Made by a program: the position numbers and the translations under genes | IMG/VR virus record: IMGVR_UViG_3300043959_000228 | Length of the DNA stretch: 64,000 nt | From: a virus | Taxonomy: Duplodnaviria > Caudoviricetes | Reading direction: 5' to 3' (one strand) | Shown here: positions 31,548-41,811 of the stretch, piece after piece | How the letters are laid out: every line of letters begins with the position of its first letter | Position numbering within the stretch: the stretch's first letter is position 1 | The notes under the pieces: generated by a model | Databases searched by the model: none | What the model saw: the letters and a program-made list of their open reading frames with translations, nothing else | What the model was told of the DNA's origin: nothing

Positions 31548-32247
31548 TATGACGACTACACAATCATCAAATGACCGTTCATCACAGGATTACGATGACA
31601 CGATCAATCGTCTCCAAGCAGAGTTAGATGCTCTGAAGAAGGATAGAACCATCGTACCGTCTATTACGACGGACACTGATGATTTAGACCCTATATCTGA
31701 TGAAGACGAGGCTCTAGATCGTGAAGAAGAAACATCGTCATCCGAGGATCAGGTTGATGATGAATCCGAGCATGAGGAACTCGATGATAGCACATACGAG
31801 GATCTTATTAATGATACTGATCCCAAGGACGATCATGATGAGATGATTCTAGAGTCAGTCGATAACGCCGCTTTCCGAATACTAGGATCAATGGTATATT
31901 ACGATACGAAGAATTGGATCAATCCAGCAACGGGCAAACCGTATAATCGACTGCATCTTAATAAGGACTTGCCTAAATTTACGATCAGACAACATCAAGA
32001 TGATGATATTATGGCCGAATTCGTCATTAACCGACAACTAGCAGATCATTTAGCCACATTATTCTCTAATATTCGTAAATCATTTGACGGTGAACCATTG
32101 GATAGAAAACGACAGCCATTCTCGATTGATCGTATTAAGAAGAGTTTTGCCGACACCTGGAAATACGAGCCATTGAAAATCGTATTGACTACCCTATTAG
32201 TCGTCATCGTTATAGCCGTCATTGTCTATGGATTTATCGTAGGATAA
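31537..32247 (+). CDS. Acidic protein with C-terminal TM anchor
   Basis: Overlaps the upstream gene; D/E-rich; hydrophobic tail. Confidence 0.7.
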   Translation: MRADMTTTQSSNDRSSQDYDDTINRLQAELDALKKDRTIVPSITTDTDDLDPISDEDEALDREEETSSSEDQVDDESEHEELDDSTYEDLINDTDPKDDHDEMILESVDNAAFRILGSMVYYDTKNWINPATGKPYNRLHLNKDLPKFTIRQHQDDDIMAEFVINRQLADHLATLFSNIRKSFDGEPLDRKRQPFSIDRIKKSFADTWKYEPLKIVLTTLLVVIVIAVIVYGFIVG

Positions 32248-32256
32248 GGACTGATT

Positions 32257-33144
32257 ATGGAACATGTAGGATTACCTGATCTTAACGTCATGAAAAGTGC
32301 AACGATCTTCGAGGATGACGGACTGCTCAAGATCAGAGTCATCAATATTTTTGATCTGACGACAGAATACGAACATGAGATTGATCTTAAGAATCATAAT
32401 GATCTTCATGAAATCATCGATCAAGCATCACATTTACTCGATGGCGCGCCATCCGTGAAAATCAGAAGATTGATGGTTGATGCACCAGTAAAAGACGGTA
32501 AGATTCTAAAACCATTATATGGTCAGAGCGCAGATGAAATCTATCTCGACTTCACGATGAAACTCGGTTATAAGAACATTCAGTTGATGTCTACTGATGA
32601 CGCTATAGCGATGGCCGCATGGGAGTCTATAGGATCAAACCTCAAGAATGACCCAGTGAGGCAATTACACTGGAGTCAGAAAAGCAGACTCCTATCCTTA
32701 CAATCATCATATGATCACGTTGGTCTTAGTCTTATCGAGAATGGACGACTGCTGACAGGATTATCCTTACCATATGACGATTACACGGCGTCGTGGTGTT
32801 CTCAATCACGATTACAGAACGCTGACGATACCGATCTTGACTATTATCAATATCGAATCAATGCATTGATGCATGATCATATGACCCAATGGTCTCCGGA
32901 CATTATCGTTATGACCATCCCCGGATACACGGCGCGTCAAATGGATCAACTTGAACAGGATCACACTATGATCGTTACTACGCCGGATGATAATGGTTAT
33001 ACACGATCTGACATGATCGCCATAGGATCCGCTCTCATCGAACGTAAAAACACGTTTGGATGGACGCCAAAATTCATTCACGACGCTAATCATGAGGATC
33101 CTGACGAGGACGACGAGCTACTAGAATATGAAATCGACGCGTGA
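32257..33144 (+). CDS. Hypothetical protein (weak ROK/actin-like fold resemblance)
   Basis: AAGGA RBS; DDAIAMAAWE, SPDIIV, AIGSAL loosely resemble ROK motifs. Confidence 0.55.
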   Translation: MEHVGLPDLNVMKSATIFEDDGLLKIRVINIFDLTTEYEHEIDLKNHNDLHEIIDQASHLLDGAPSVKIRRLMVDAPVKDGKILKPLYGQSADEIYLDFTMKLGYKNIQLMSTDDAIAMAAWESIGSNLKNDPVRQLHWSQKSRLLSLQSSYDHVGLSLIENGRLLTGLSLPYDDYTASWCSQSRLQNADDTDLDYYQYRINALMHDHMTQWSPDIIVMTIPGYTARQMDQLEQDHTMIVTTPDDNGYTRSDMIAIGSALIERKNTFGWTPKFIHDANHEDPDEDDELLEYEIDA

Positions 33145-33210
33145 CGAGATCATAGAAAACCGCCTCTAACTATATCTTTCTCATAACTAATATTTTTCTG
33201 AGGAGCACGT

Positions 33211-34041
33211 ATGACAATAGAGGCCAGCATCATCATCGCCATTAGCGTAATGATCATCTTCCTATCAGCCTGGATAATTCCTAAAACCCGATTACAGAAA
33301 CTCGTGAATGACGTCCAACAGGATGACGGAACATTCAAACGAGTAGAATCTGCACGATCAATTGATTGGATGAAGGGAACAGCGCTAGGAGATCATTGGT
33401 TGATCTTCAACATCGTATCAGCCTTATCATCGGTCATCATTGCCGTTATCGTAGCGATAAGCCCACTTGGTGCACAGCTCATGAGCAAGGATCATGTCAT
33501 GTGGATGTTCTTCCTTATGACCGCCGCCATGTTTGGGTATCATCTGATATGGTCATCCTCTCTTGATTGGAGATTCCATAAGATACCACGATGGGTCATG
33601 GTCTTCCACATGGCTATCATCCTAGCGGCCTCAATATACGCTACAGTAAACTCAACCAGCTTCCAATGGGTGACACTCTCAGTCATCATCGTATCGATTA
33701 TGTGCTGGTTAATAGGAACTGTTCCAGGATCAGGTATGTCAGACGGAAGATTATACGTCATTATAGCTGCTGGCGCTGTGCCATTCCTATCAACAGCAGC
33801 CATATGGCCAACATTACTAGCTGGCGGATTAGCCGTTGTGAACGCCGTCATCGTCGCGGTGGGCCCAGGAAAAAGACTTGATAGGGGCGATACGAAGAAG
33901 CCAATCATCAATCGTATCATGAAAGCTGGATCACCAATGGGTCCATTCGTCATCGTATCTTTCACCATAGGCCTCATTCTCGTATCATATATGATCTGGG
34001 GATCACCATCAGTATCTATTCTTAATGGATCACTATCATGA
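33211..34041 (+). CDS. Prepilin peptidase (A24, TadV/CpaA-like)
   Basis: SSLDWRFHKIP (first Asp), GMSDGRL (GxGD variant), PMGPF; multi-TM. Confidence 0.75.
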   Translation: MTIEASIIIAISVMIIFLSAWIIPKTRLQKLVNDVQQDDGTFKRVESARSIDWMKGTALGDHWLIFNIVSALSSVIIAVIVAISPLGAQLMSKDHVMWMFFLMTAAMFGYHLIWSSSLDWRFHKIPRWVMVFHMAIILAASIYATVNSTSFQWVTLSVIIVSIMCWLIGTVPGSGMSDGRLYVIIAAGAVPFLSTAAIWPTLLAGGLAVVNAVIVAVGPGKRLDRGDTKKPIINRIMKAGSPMGPFVIVSFTIGLILVSYMIWGSPSVSILNGSLS

Positions 34042-34528
34042 GAGATCGTATCGAACAACGTGCTGACAGATTATTGAAGGCGGTGATTAACAGTCAAGAA
34101 TCATCGTTCAGCACAATCAATCATGATGAGCAGCAAATGTTGATCATGCTCAGAATTTTAGACGCTTAAACGTTTGGTCAAGAAATAAGGCTCTAAGATT
34201 AGTAAACGATTCATCAGGATGGATGCAGAAACAGGAGGTCTTTCGATTCTTAACACTTGTCGAAGAGCAGCACTGGCAACAGGCTCTGAATCTAGTAGAG
34301 TACTGCGGAACTGCTGATTTATCATTCAATAGTGGTATCCTTAACAGTATCCTATCCAAAGCAGAACGCATGAGGGTGCCACCAGAGTGGATAGCTGATG
34401 AGGAATTACATGATCTGAAACCATTACAGGATGGAGATCAAAAGTCATCAGCGATCAACCTTCCACATCATGCTAAGCCGTCATCAAAGCCATCTACATT
34501 CGTGATTCATAAGGACGCATTGAAGTGA
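34038..34528 (+). pseudogene. Probable frameshifted hypothetical gene
   Basis: ATG 34038 overlaps the upstream TGA and stops at 34169 (43 aa); the -1 frame is open from 34130 into ORF 34223..34528. Confidence 0.5.
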
Positions 34529-35304
34529 GCCTACCAAAACGAAGAAACCAATCACACTCGAGCACGGTGCAGGAACATCATCAGACCAGTCTTCCTCTAC
34601 CAATGCCCAAACCGATACCAGAGCGAGCATTACCAGAACCGTCGATAAGTTTGCCAATGCCAACACCAGATTATCAAGTAACGAATCCTGGTCATGACGA
34701 ACCGGCGAATGATCAATCATCGAATCATTGTGAGGCACCTTCCAATTATAATCAGGTATCGCCAGAATCGTCTCCAGAACATCATCTTTCATCATCTGAG
34801 AATAGTCAGCTTCATGTATTAGACGGATTACCTACGACGCGTTACAATAGCAAACGACAGGAAGAGCGACCTGTAGCTCCAGCACATAGGCCATTCCATT
34901 ATCCAGGATGGGATGGCCCAGGATATCCCAAGGGTCTTGGTCATGGTCCTATTGTCTGGAGATACGACAATAAGAAGAATAAAATGATGAAGATCGAGGG
35001 CATGTCTTACGAAAGTCTTAAAAAGATAGGTTCATCGGAACGATCGGCTTGGCAGAAAATGCTTGATGAGCAACCATATGATGCGGCCGGGCAGTTACGT
35101 ATCATGAGAAGAGGAGTCAGTGGTACACAATTAATCGTTGAATGGAATTCAGATCAGGCGGCTTTGATCTATCAACGCGATATGAACCAACGCGCATCAG
35201 GTCTTAATGATAGCAGCATTGATGTATCATATACGCATAGACCCCGTGTTGATGATAGGGATTCCGATGATAAGATGATGTGGCCATCTCCGAACAAGAA
35301 ATAG
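34525..35304 (+). CDS. Hypothetical Pro/Ser-rich protein
   Basis: GTGA overlap with the upstream stop; 259 aa. Confidence 0.65.
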   Translation: MSLPKRRNQSHSSTVQEHHQTSLPLPMPKPIPERALPEPSISLPMPTPDYQVTNPGHDEPANDQSSNHCEAPSNYNQVSPESSPEHHLSSSENSQLHVLDGLPTTRYNSKRQEERPVAPAHRPFHYPGWDGPGYPKGLGHGPIVWRYDNKKNKMMKIEGMSYESLKKIGSSERSAWQKMLDEQPYDAAGQLRIMRRGVSGTQLIVEWNSDQAALIYQRDMNQRASGLNDSSIDVSYTHRPRVDDRDSDDKMMWPSPNKK

Positions 35305-35330
35305 TCATAATCGCATATTAACAAGATTCA

Positions 35331-35464
35331 TTAGATCTAGTTAGGCTCAGAACATGAGTAAAGATTCATGTTCTGAGCCTATTCAGATTGGAACTGGCTG
35401 TAAAAACCTTCAGATGATACGTTATACTAGATGAGACGAGAATCAGGATTAGACGCGAGATCTA
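35331..35464 (-). repeat. 134-bp structured intergenic element, copy B
   Basis: Homologous to 11653-11786; perfect 16-bp stem at 35342-35381. Confidence 0.9.
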
Positions 35465-35510
35465 TCAATAACGGTATAATGCATTATATGATAATAGGGA
35501 GACGATATTG

Positions 35511-36449
35511 ATGAGTAAGGAAGCTGTCCTAATAGTTGATGGCAATAATATCGCATGGAGAGCCGCGGCTGTTATTGAGCGTGATCGTTTTAAGGATGAG
35601 GGTGATCATCTGAGTCTAGGTCTACTTGATGTTATGCTGAATAAGAGAATGCGAGAGATGCAAGAACGTGATGGATATAGCGTTGTGGTGCCTATGGTTG
35701 CTTTTGACGCTGGCAAGCAGGATATCAATAATGACGCTAAAATCAATCGATTCACCTATTATCAGCAGTATAAGGCCAACAGAAAAGACACGGGAGAAGA
35801 TCCGGAGAAGACCGAATTCAATGCATTGAGAGAACAGTGGAAGGATCGTTGGCGTGATCAACTGCTAGATCAAGGCATAGCCGTAGTAGAGCATCCATGC
35901 GTTGAAGGTGATGATATTTTATCATACGGATCCCATCTTATCGCGCATCGTACTGACGCTAATGTTGATGTTGCCCTATGGACCGTCGACAAGGATTTGA
36001 TGCAATGCGTCAATGATGATGAGAGTCATCGAGTGATTATGTATCGTAAACGCTTCTCTAAAGATCCCGTGACTGGTCGCAAAACATCAGAGGAACGTAT
36101 GGTTAACGGAACTGAGGTCATGAATGAGAAGGGTGTCCCTCCAGAAAAAGTCAGGATGCAATTAGCTCTTGCCGGTGATTCAGCTGACGATTACAAGGGC
36201 GTTAAAGGATATGGAGGCGTCAGAGGAGTGAAACTAGTAAATGTGTCACAGAACATTGACGATCTAAGAGCACGACTTTGTGCAGATCTACAAGCTAAGA
36301 AGACGCCACCATCAGACGATGAGTTAGCGTCATATGTATCAGACTTAGATCGTAATTGGACGTTAGCCGGCTGTGGCCGTGATTGGATGCCGACATCGGC
36401 TATTACTGGCGTCGAATTAGGTGTTCATCACGTACTTAATCAGCTATGA
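35511..36449 (+). CDS. 5'-3' exonuclease / flap endonuclease (Pol I N-domain-like)
   Basis: LIVDGNN, AFD, YKANR, EGDD, DKDL, GDSADDYKGVKG. Confidence 0.92.
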   Translation: MSKEAVLIVDGNNIAWRAAAVIERDRFKDEGDHLSLGLLDVMLNKRMREMQERDGYSVVVPMVAFDAGKQDINNDAKINRFTYYQQYKANRKDTGEDPEKTEFNALREQWKDRWRDQLLDQGIAVVEHPCVEGDDILSYGSHLIAHRTDANVDVALWTVDKDLMQCVNDDESHRVIMYRKRFSKDPVTGRKTSEERMVNGTEVMNEKGVPPEKVRMQLALAGDSADDYKGVKGYGGVRGVKLVNVSQNIDDLRARLCADLQAKKTPPSDDELASYVSDLDRNWTLAGCGRDWMPTSAITGVELGVHHVLNQL

Positions 36450-36522
36450 CATTCGGTTCTTTGACATATATGATATAATGATTATATATGATGCTAAATT
36501 ATTCTAAGGATTGGTGGATATT

Positions 36523-37860
36523 ATGACTGATGCCGTACAATCGGCTTCTGAGGACACATTCGACGACTCAGTACTAAATGGTGTTACAGAACCGTCTCAA
36601 TCTCAAAGTCAGGAGGCCGTCAAATCAAAGGTTAACGATGCTGATAATGACCTTCTCGTGACGACTACGAATGATACTCAGATGTCTATGTCCTTTTACA
36701 ATGCGCTTAGTCCTAAAACTCGGGCTATTCTTGACCAAGAGGCTGCAAAGAGTTTCTCAGCGTTCATGGATAGCGACGATAAAATTGTTGATTTTGGCAA
36801 GGATTCCGTCGAGGGTTTGAATAACGTCGTACGACAGCTTCTTGAGAATCAAAAGAAGATGCACATACCAGAAATTGATAGTCTACTAACCGAGGCTAAT
36901 AGAGCTATTGATGGATACGCGGCTAAATATAAAGACCAGATTGTTGATAAGAAGCCGAGTAAGATCGTTGTGTGGTTCAAATCGAAGAAACGACAACTTG
37001 AGGACATGAATTATGACCGTAAGGACGTTCTCACGAAGATTGATAAACTCGATGGTAAGATCATGGGTAAACGTGAGGATCTTAAAGAGTCGACAATCTA
37101 TATTAAGCGTCTGCTGGTAGCGAATAAGGAAGCTATGAACAAGATGGTTGGCGTTCTAGCGGCATTGGAGGCCATTCACCTTCTAGCTCAGCAGAAAGCT
37201 ATCGAGAAAAGGGCGCTTCTCGAAAAGACCAATAAGGATACGCCTCAATGGCAGGACATCCAGGATGATTTGGCAAGGATTTCCGAGGTGAGTAACGCGG
37301 TCGAACAGCAACATTCGAATTATATGTCACGATCAGCTGTTGCTAGGTTCACTAATAGTCAGGTCCGTAATCTGATTCGCACATCGTCTAATGTCATTAT
37401 GAATATGAACGTGGTGCATCAATACACGATTCCATTGATGCAACAGTCGATCGCCCAGATTGGCTACGCGGATACGCTGAACAACGCTAGTGAAGCTAGT
37501 GAAGCCGTCAAGGATGCGAATGAACACTCCTTGAATATCCTTGCGAATTTCAATTCTAAGGTTCTTCCTGGTATCGAATTACAAGCACAGAAGCCTGTTA
37601 TCTCTGCTGACGCTATCAATAAGCTGTCTGATTCAGCTGTAGCCGGTAATGCGAATGTCGTTGAGGCGATTCGAAGAGGGCGTGAAGCTAGAATCGAACT
37701 GGAGAAAGCTGTTGAATCAGCTAATGCTAAGATCCAAGAATCCGATATGCTGCGAGATCAGGAGCTTGTCAAGGCTTTACTGAATGAGAAACAAGCTGAC
37801 GATCAGGCTGTGGACAGATTCGATCAGATTGCTTCAGATGCATATCATAGCGCTAAGTAG
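36523..37860 (+). CDS. telA: Toxic anion resistance protein (TelA family)
   Basis: IVDFG, helical coiled-coil body, TIPL motif; size typical of TelA. Confidence 0.75.
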   Translation: MTDAVQSASEDTFDDSVLNGVTEPSQSQSQEAVKSKVNDADNDLLVTTTNDTQMSMSFYNALSPKTRAILDQEAAKSFSAFMDSDDKIVDFGKDSVEGLNNVVRQLLENQKKMHIPEIDSLLTEANRAIDGYAAKYKDQIVDKKPSKIVVWFKSKKRQLEDMNYDRKDVLTKIDKLDGKIMGKREDLKESTIYIKRLLVANKEAMNKMVGVLAALEAIHLLAQQKAIEKRALLEKTNKDTPQWQDIQDDLARISEVSNAVEQQHSNYMSRSAVARFTNSQVRNLIRTSSNVIMNMNVVHQYTIPLMQQSIAQIGYADTLNNASEASEAVKDANEHSLNILANFNSKVLPGIELQAQKPVISADAINKLSDSAVAGNANVVEAIRRGREARIELEKAVESANAKIQESDMLRDQELVKALLNEKQADDQAVDRFDQIASDAYHSAK

Positions 37861-37905
37861 TAAAATAGCTTTAACCATCATCAACATTATAGGAGGATAT
37901 GACAA

Positions 37906-38283
37906 ATGAGTAGAATTGATTATGGCGCATTAGCGTCAAAAGCGGCGAATAGTCTCGGTAAGGTGACGCGTAAGATTGTGGATACTGGCGTCTCTTTAGT
38001 TGATCCAGAAAATCTTAAGGCTGTTGGAGAGGGCGTTAAGAACGTCGCAGGCTCTGTAGCTGAGGGATGGAAGACTGCGGGCGAGGAGTCGAACACCAAG
38101 GATCCCCTGGTTAGTGTCTCTGAGGCCGCTAAGACCGCAGGAGAAGCCATCAAAACGAAAGTCAACGACGTGAAGAAGGGCTTCGAACAGCCTGAGGACA
38201 CTACTGAGCAAGCTGATGCCACCTCCGAGGATAAGCCGGCTGACCCATCAGTTAATGTTCACGATGATCTCCCAGATGTGTGA
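37906..38283 (+). CDS. Small hydrophilic hypothetical protein
   Basis: AGGAGG RBS; terminator follows. Confidence 0.7.
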   Translation: MSRIDYGALASKAANSLGKVTRKIVDTGVSLVDPENLKAVGEGVKNVAGSVAEGWKTAGEESNTKDPLVSVSEAAKTAGEAIKTKVNDVKKGFEQPEDTTEQADATSEDKPADPSVNVHDDLPDV

Positions 38284-38304
38284 TCCTCGCATCTAACACG
38301 TAGT

Positions 38305-38342
38305 AGAATATGGCCCAAATCATGTGATTTGGGCCATATTCT
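38305..38342. terminator. Terminator hairpin
   Basis: AGAATATGGCCCAAATCA/TGATTTGGGCCATATTCT. Confidence 0.8.
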
Positions 38343-38408
38343 TATGACAAGACGGTATTATGTCTAATGTTGTAGTATATACATAAGAAACGTAACTGGA
38401 GGTCATAC

Positions 38409-39596
38409 ATGGCTAGAATTAAGAAATCTGAAACACCTACTTCTACTAATGACGTCGACGCGCCAACTGTTGAAGCGTCAAGATTGAAAGCCATTGCTAA
38501 AGCAACGAACGGCATTAATGATAAGTATGGAGAGATGTCCGCGTTCTTCCTAGGAAGCAATCCTAGAGTTGAAGTCAAACGAGTCAGCACCGGATCCCTG
38601 GCGCTTGATTATGTCATTGGTGGCGGTGTGGCTAATGGTCGTATCCATGAGTTCTTCGGACCAGAAGGATCCGGTAAGACATCAGCGGCCCTACAGACTG
38701 TTGGCAATGTGCAGAAAGAAGGCGGTGTCGCCGTTTATGTTGATGTGGAGCACGCTATGGATCCTAAGCAAGCTCATCGTTTAGGTGTTGATATTAATAA
38801 GCTGATTTTCAGTCAGCCAAATAGTGCTGAACAGGCCTTGAATATCATGGCCACCTATATCAAGGCCGGTGTTGACATTATCGTGTTGGACTCGATTGCA
38901 TCCCTCGTTCCACAGGCTGTTATGGATGGAGAAGCCGAGGATCAAACCGTGGCGTTAGTGGCGAGGCTCATGAGTAAGAGCCTATCGAAGATTGCTACCC
39001 TAGCTGGAGAATCTGGCACTAAGGTCATCTTCATCAATCAGGTACGAGCGGCTATCGGTGGATATGGCAATCCAGAGACAACAACAGGTGGAAAAGCTCT
39101 CCCCTTCTATTCGTCTATCCGAGTACGAATCAGTAAGGGCCAGCAGATTAAGAAGAAGGTCCGTGGAGAGGAACGTCCTATTGGTCAGAAGGTTTTCTTC
39201 CGATGCAAGAAGAACAAGGTGTCCACGCCATTCCTCAATGCTGAATCAGAATTCTACTGGAAGGATGGCTATAACACACCATACGATATTGTCACGTTCG
39301 GTAAGAAGTACGGTGTCTTCAATTCTACCTGCTCAAAGGATCTTACCGAGAATCCTGAGGGTGAACAGATCATGTGGAATGGACAGAAGGTCACCAAGAC
39401 AGATATGCTCGCAGATGCTATTCGTGATAAGTCTTCAGGTCTCGAGGAAAAGTATTATCCCATCGTCTTGAAGCGTATGCTTGAGGATCAGAATTTCGAT
39501 GATGATGACGATGATGACGCCACGAAGGACGAGAACGAGGAAGCCTCACAGGACGTTGCGATATCTGAGGACGCTATTGAGGATGTAGTTGATTAA
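38409..39596 (+). CDS. recA: Recombinase RecA
   Basis: STGSLALD, GPEGSGKT, DVEHAMD, DSIASL, FINQVR, GNPETTTGGKALPFYSS, KNKV. Confidence 0.97.
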   Translation: MARIKKSETPTSTNDVDAPTVEASRLKAIAKATNGINDKYGEMSAFFLGSNPRVEVKRVSTGSLALDYVIGGGVANGRIHEFFGPEGSGKTSAALQTVGNVQKEGGVAVYVDVEHAMDPKQAHRLGVDINKLIFSQPNSAEQALNIMATYIKAGVDIIVLDSIASLVPQAVMDGEAEDQTVALVARLMSKSLSKIATLAGESGTKVIFINQVRAAIGGYGNPETTTGGKALPFYSSIRVRISKGQQIKKKVRGEERPIGQKVFFRCKKNKVSTPFLNAESEFYWKDGYNTPYDIVTFGKKYGVFNSTCSKDLTENPEGEQIMWNGQKVTKTDMLADAIRDKSSGLEEKYYPIVLKRMLEDQNFDDDDDDDATKDENEEASQDVAISEDAIEDVVD

Positions 39597-39617
39597 CGCT
39601 TTTTTCATGTAGTGTGA

Positions 39618-39648
39618 AATGGCTCTACCCATTATGAGTAGAGCCATT
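39618..39648 (+). terminator. Terminator hairpin
   Basis: AATGGCTCTAC/GTAGAGCCATT. Confidence 0.65.
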
Positions 39649-39678
39649 GTCATATATGAAACCAATAATCAAATATGG

Positions 39679-39684
39679 TATAAT
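39679..39684 (+). promoter_or_regulatory. Housekeeping-type -10 box TATAAT (representative, dnaG)
   Basis: TGG-TATAAT-N7-ATG; equivalents at 5530-5535(-), 21462-21467(-), 50548-50553, 58577-58582; also upstream of dnaE (14831), the exonuclease (35475) and telA (36474). Confidence 0.75.
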
Positions 39685-39691
39685 ATCTATT

Positions 39692-41800
39692 ATGGGCAAA
39701 AGAGTGAATTTCGATGAAGCTAAGCGCATTATCAAAGAACGAATTAATCTTGTATCATTCTTTGAGGAAAAAGGATATGACTTACGAGCCTCTGGATCGT
39801 CGAGATATGTGACGCTATGTCCATTCCATCAGGAGAAAACGCCATCATTCAGTATCAGTGAGACGAGAAACAATTGGAAATGCTATGGCTGTGGTAAGAG
39901 CGGCGATGTCTTCACCTATCTCATGGACAAGGAGGGATTGACTTTCCCGGAGGCTATCGAGCAATTAGCCGAGCAATTAGGATTAGACATTGCCAGGGAC
40001 GATAAGGCCGCGGAGGAGAGCAAGCAACGATCAAGGTTGATGCGGATTCTTGCAGACACCTGGTCATGGTTCCGCGCACAATATGATCAACTACCAGAGG
40101 ATCATATCGTGAAGGCCCATGAGATTAGAGAGAAGCGTGGCATTAGCTCGGACGCGAAAGACAATCATATGCTTTTCGGATGGGCTCCTGAGAATGGACA
40201 TCTTCTGCTCAACTATCTACAGGGTGAGAAGTACAGTCTTGAGGACATTTTGGCCGCTGGCGTCATCGACAAGTCTGACCGAGATGGATCGTTATATTGT
40301 CCATGGCGTGGTCGATTGATGTTCCCGGTATGTGATGTTCTAGGTAAGCCATTAGGATTCGTCGGTCGACAGGTCTTCTATAAGCCAGACGAGAAGATCA
40401 AGCGTAAATACATTAACAGTAAGGAGAATGACGTCTATCATAAGCGAGACTTGCTCTTCTGTCAGTCTATAGCGAGGGAGCAAGCTCGAAGAGATCATGA
40501 GTTGTTCGTCGTTGAGGGTCAATTTGATGTCATAGCCATGCAGCATGCTGGCCATGATAATACGGTAGCGTCATCAGGCACAGCTTTAACCGAACAGCAA
40601 GCGCAATCCATGCGACGAATGGTCGGTGCTGATGGTAAAGTCATCTTCATGTTTGATGCTGATGCAGCTGGTCAGAAAGCCGCGTTACGAACATTAGCCT
40701 TACTGGGTCCTATCCAGGCTCAATCATACGCTAGTATTACCGAGGGTAAGGACCCGTCCGATATGTATAAGGATGAGGGGAAAGAAGGCCTCGATCGACA
40801 GGCTCATCAGTACATCGAACTGTGGAGGCACGTGGTCATTCATCTTGCTCAGAATTACGATTTGACAAGACCAGATCAACGTCAAGCATTCCTAGCCACG
40901 TTTAAAGATTCAGTATGGACTCATCTGAATGATGCGAACATCAGTGAACAGGCCGCACGATTAGCCGCTCTGCTATCTGGCATGTCATATTCATCATTAA
41001 TTCAACAGTTAGGCAATAGACAACACGATACCGTTGAACCAAATCGCGACATCATCGTAACCGATCTTTCTCATGATCAGGATCTATCGTCAAATCCTCC
41101 GGCCGCCGCTCTCCTAGCCAATACACTAGAGCATCCTGAATTACGAATCATCCTATCGAAAGTCAGAATGAGTGGATTAGATGAACAAATGAGGACCATC
41201 ATTCTTGAATCAGGTGACAAGAAAATCGTAGCAGAATCATATGACAAGGACTTACACGATTATATTAATCGTTTAGACAGAATCATTGATAAGATGCATG
41301 AGATGGAAAGAGCTGCTCCTATCTTAACCGATCCTTCACAACTCGCCGCACAACAGACACAGGCTCTTCTCAAGGAGAGGATGCAACAACGTAAGGAGAG
41401 CGTCATTGCAAAGAACACGGCGGCGGGTCAAAGTATGAATGCAAGCATTGCAAGAACATATGATGACACCATCCGTCAAGCTATGAGCCATATTGAAGAT
41501 GTCTATCATAAGAACCTTGAAACAGCGAATGAACTCATATCGAAGATCGCTGACGAGCATCAATACAGCCAGCAATTGCGTAAAACGAATGACGATGATT
41601 ATAAGGACATCAAACCACGTCCATACGTCATTCAATTACAGGATGAGATGAAACGTCGTAGGGAAGTTCATATCACGGAATCAATTGATGTCAACGAACC
41701 GGTATTCTCAACCACACCAATGTATAATCATGATACGCCATTCTACGATCCGTCAGACTATGATGATCGTCATGAGGACTGGGCTCCAGACGAGGAGTAA
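39692..41800 (+). CDS. dnaG: DNA primase DnaG
   Basis: CHC2 finger CPFHQEKTPSF...CYGC, RLMFP, KYINS, VEGQFD, FDADAAG; TATAAT-N7-ATG gives start 39692. Confidence 0.95.
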   Translation: MGKRVNFDEAKRIIKERINLVSFFEEKGYDLRASGSSRYVTLCPFHQEKTPSFSISETRNNWKCYGCGKSGDVFTYLMDKEGLTFPEAIEQLAEQLGLDIARDDKAAEESKQRSRLMRILADTWSWFRAQYDQLPEDHIVKAHEIREKRGISSDAKDNHMLFGWAPENGHLLLNYLQGEKYSLEDILAAGVIDKSDRDGSLYCPWRGRLMFPVCDVLGKPLGFVGRQVFYKPDEKIKRKYINSKENDVYHKRDLLFCQSIAREQARRDHELFVVEGQFDVIAMQHAGHDNTVASSGTALTEQQAQSMRRMVGADGKVIFMFDADAAGQKAALRTLALLGPIQAQSYASITEGKDPSDMYKDEGKEGLDRQAHQYIELWRHVVIHLAQNYDLTRPDQRQAFLATFKDSVWTHLNDANISEQAARLAALLSGMSYSSLIQQLGNRQHDTVEPNRDIIVTDLSHDQDLSSNPPAAALLANTLEHPELRIILSKVRMSGLDEQMRTIILESGDKKIVAESYDKDLHDYINRLDRIIDKMHEMERAAPILTDPSQLAAQQTQALLKERMQQRKESVIAKNTAAGQSMNASIARTYDDTIRQAMSHIEDVYHKNLETANELISKIADEHQYSQQLRKTNDDDYKDIKPRPYVIQLQDEMKRRREVHITESIDVNEPVFSTTPMYNHDTPFYDPSDYDDRHEDWAPDEE

Positions 41801-41811
41801 TAAGAATACGA

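Noticed and set aside
39683-39688. ATATCT upstream of dnaG as a regulon member
   Set aside because: Only 3 nt from the ATG and overlapping a correctly spaced TATAAT; counted as housekeeping type.
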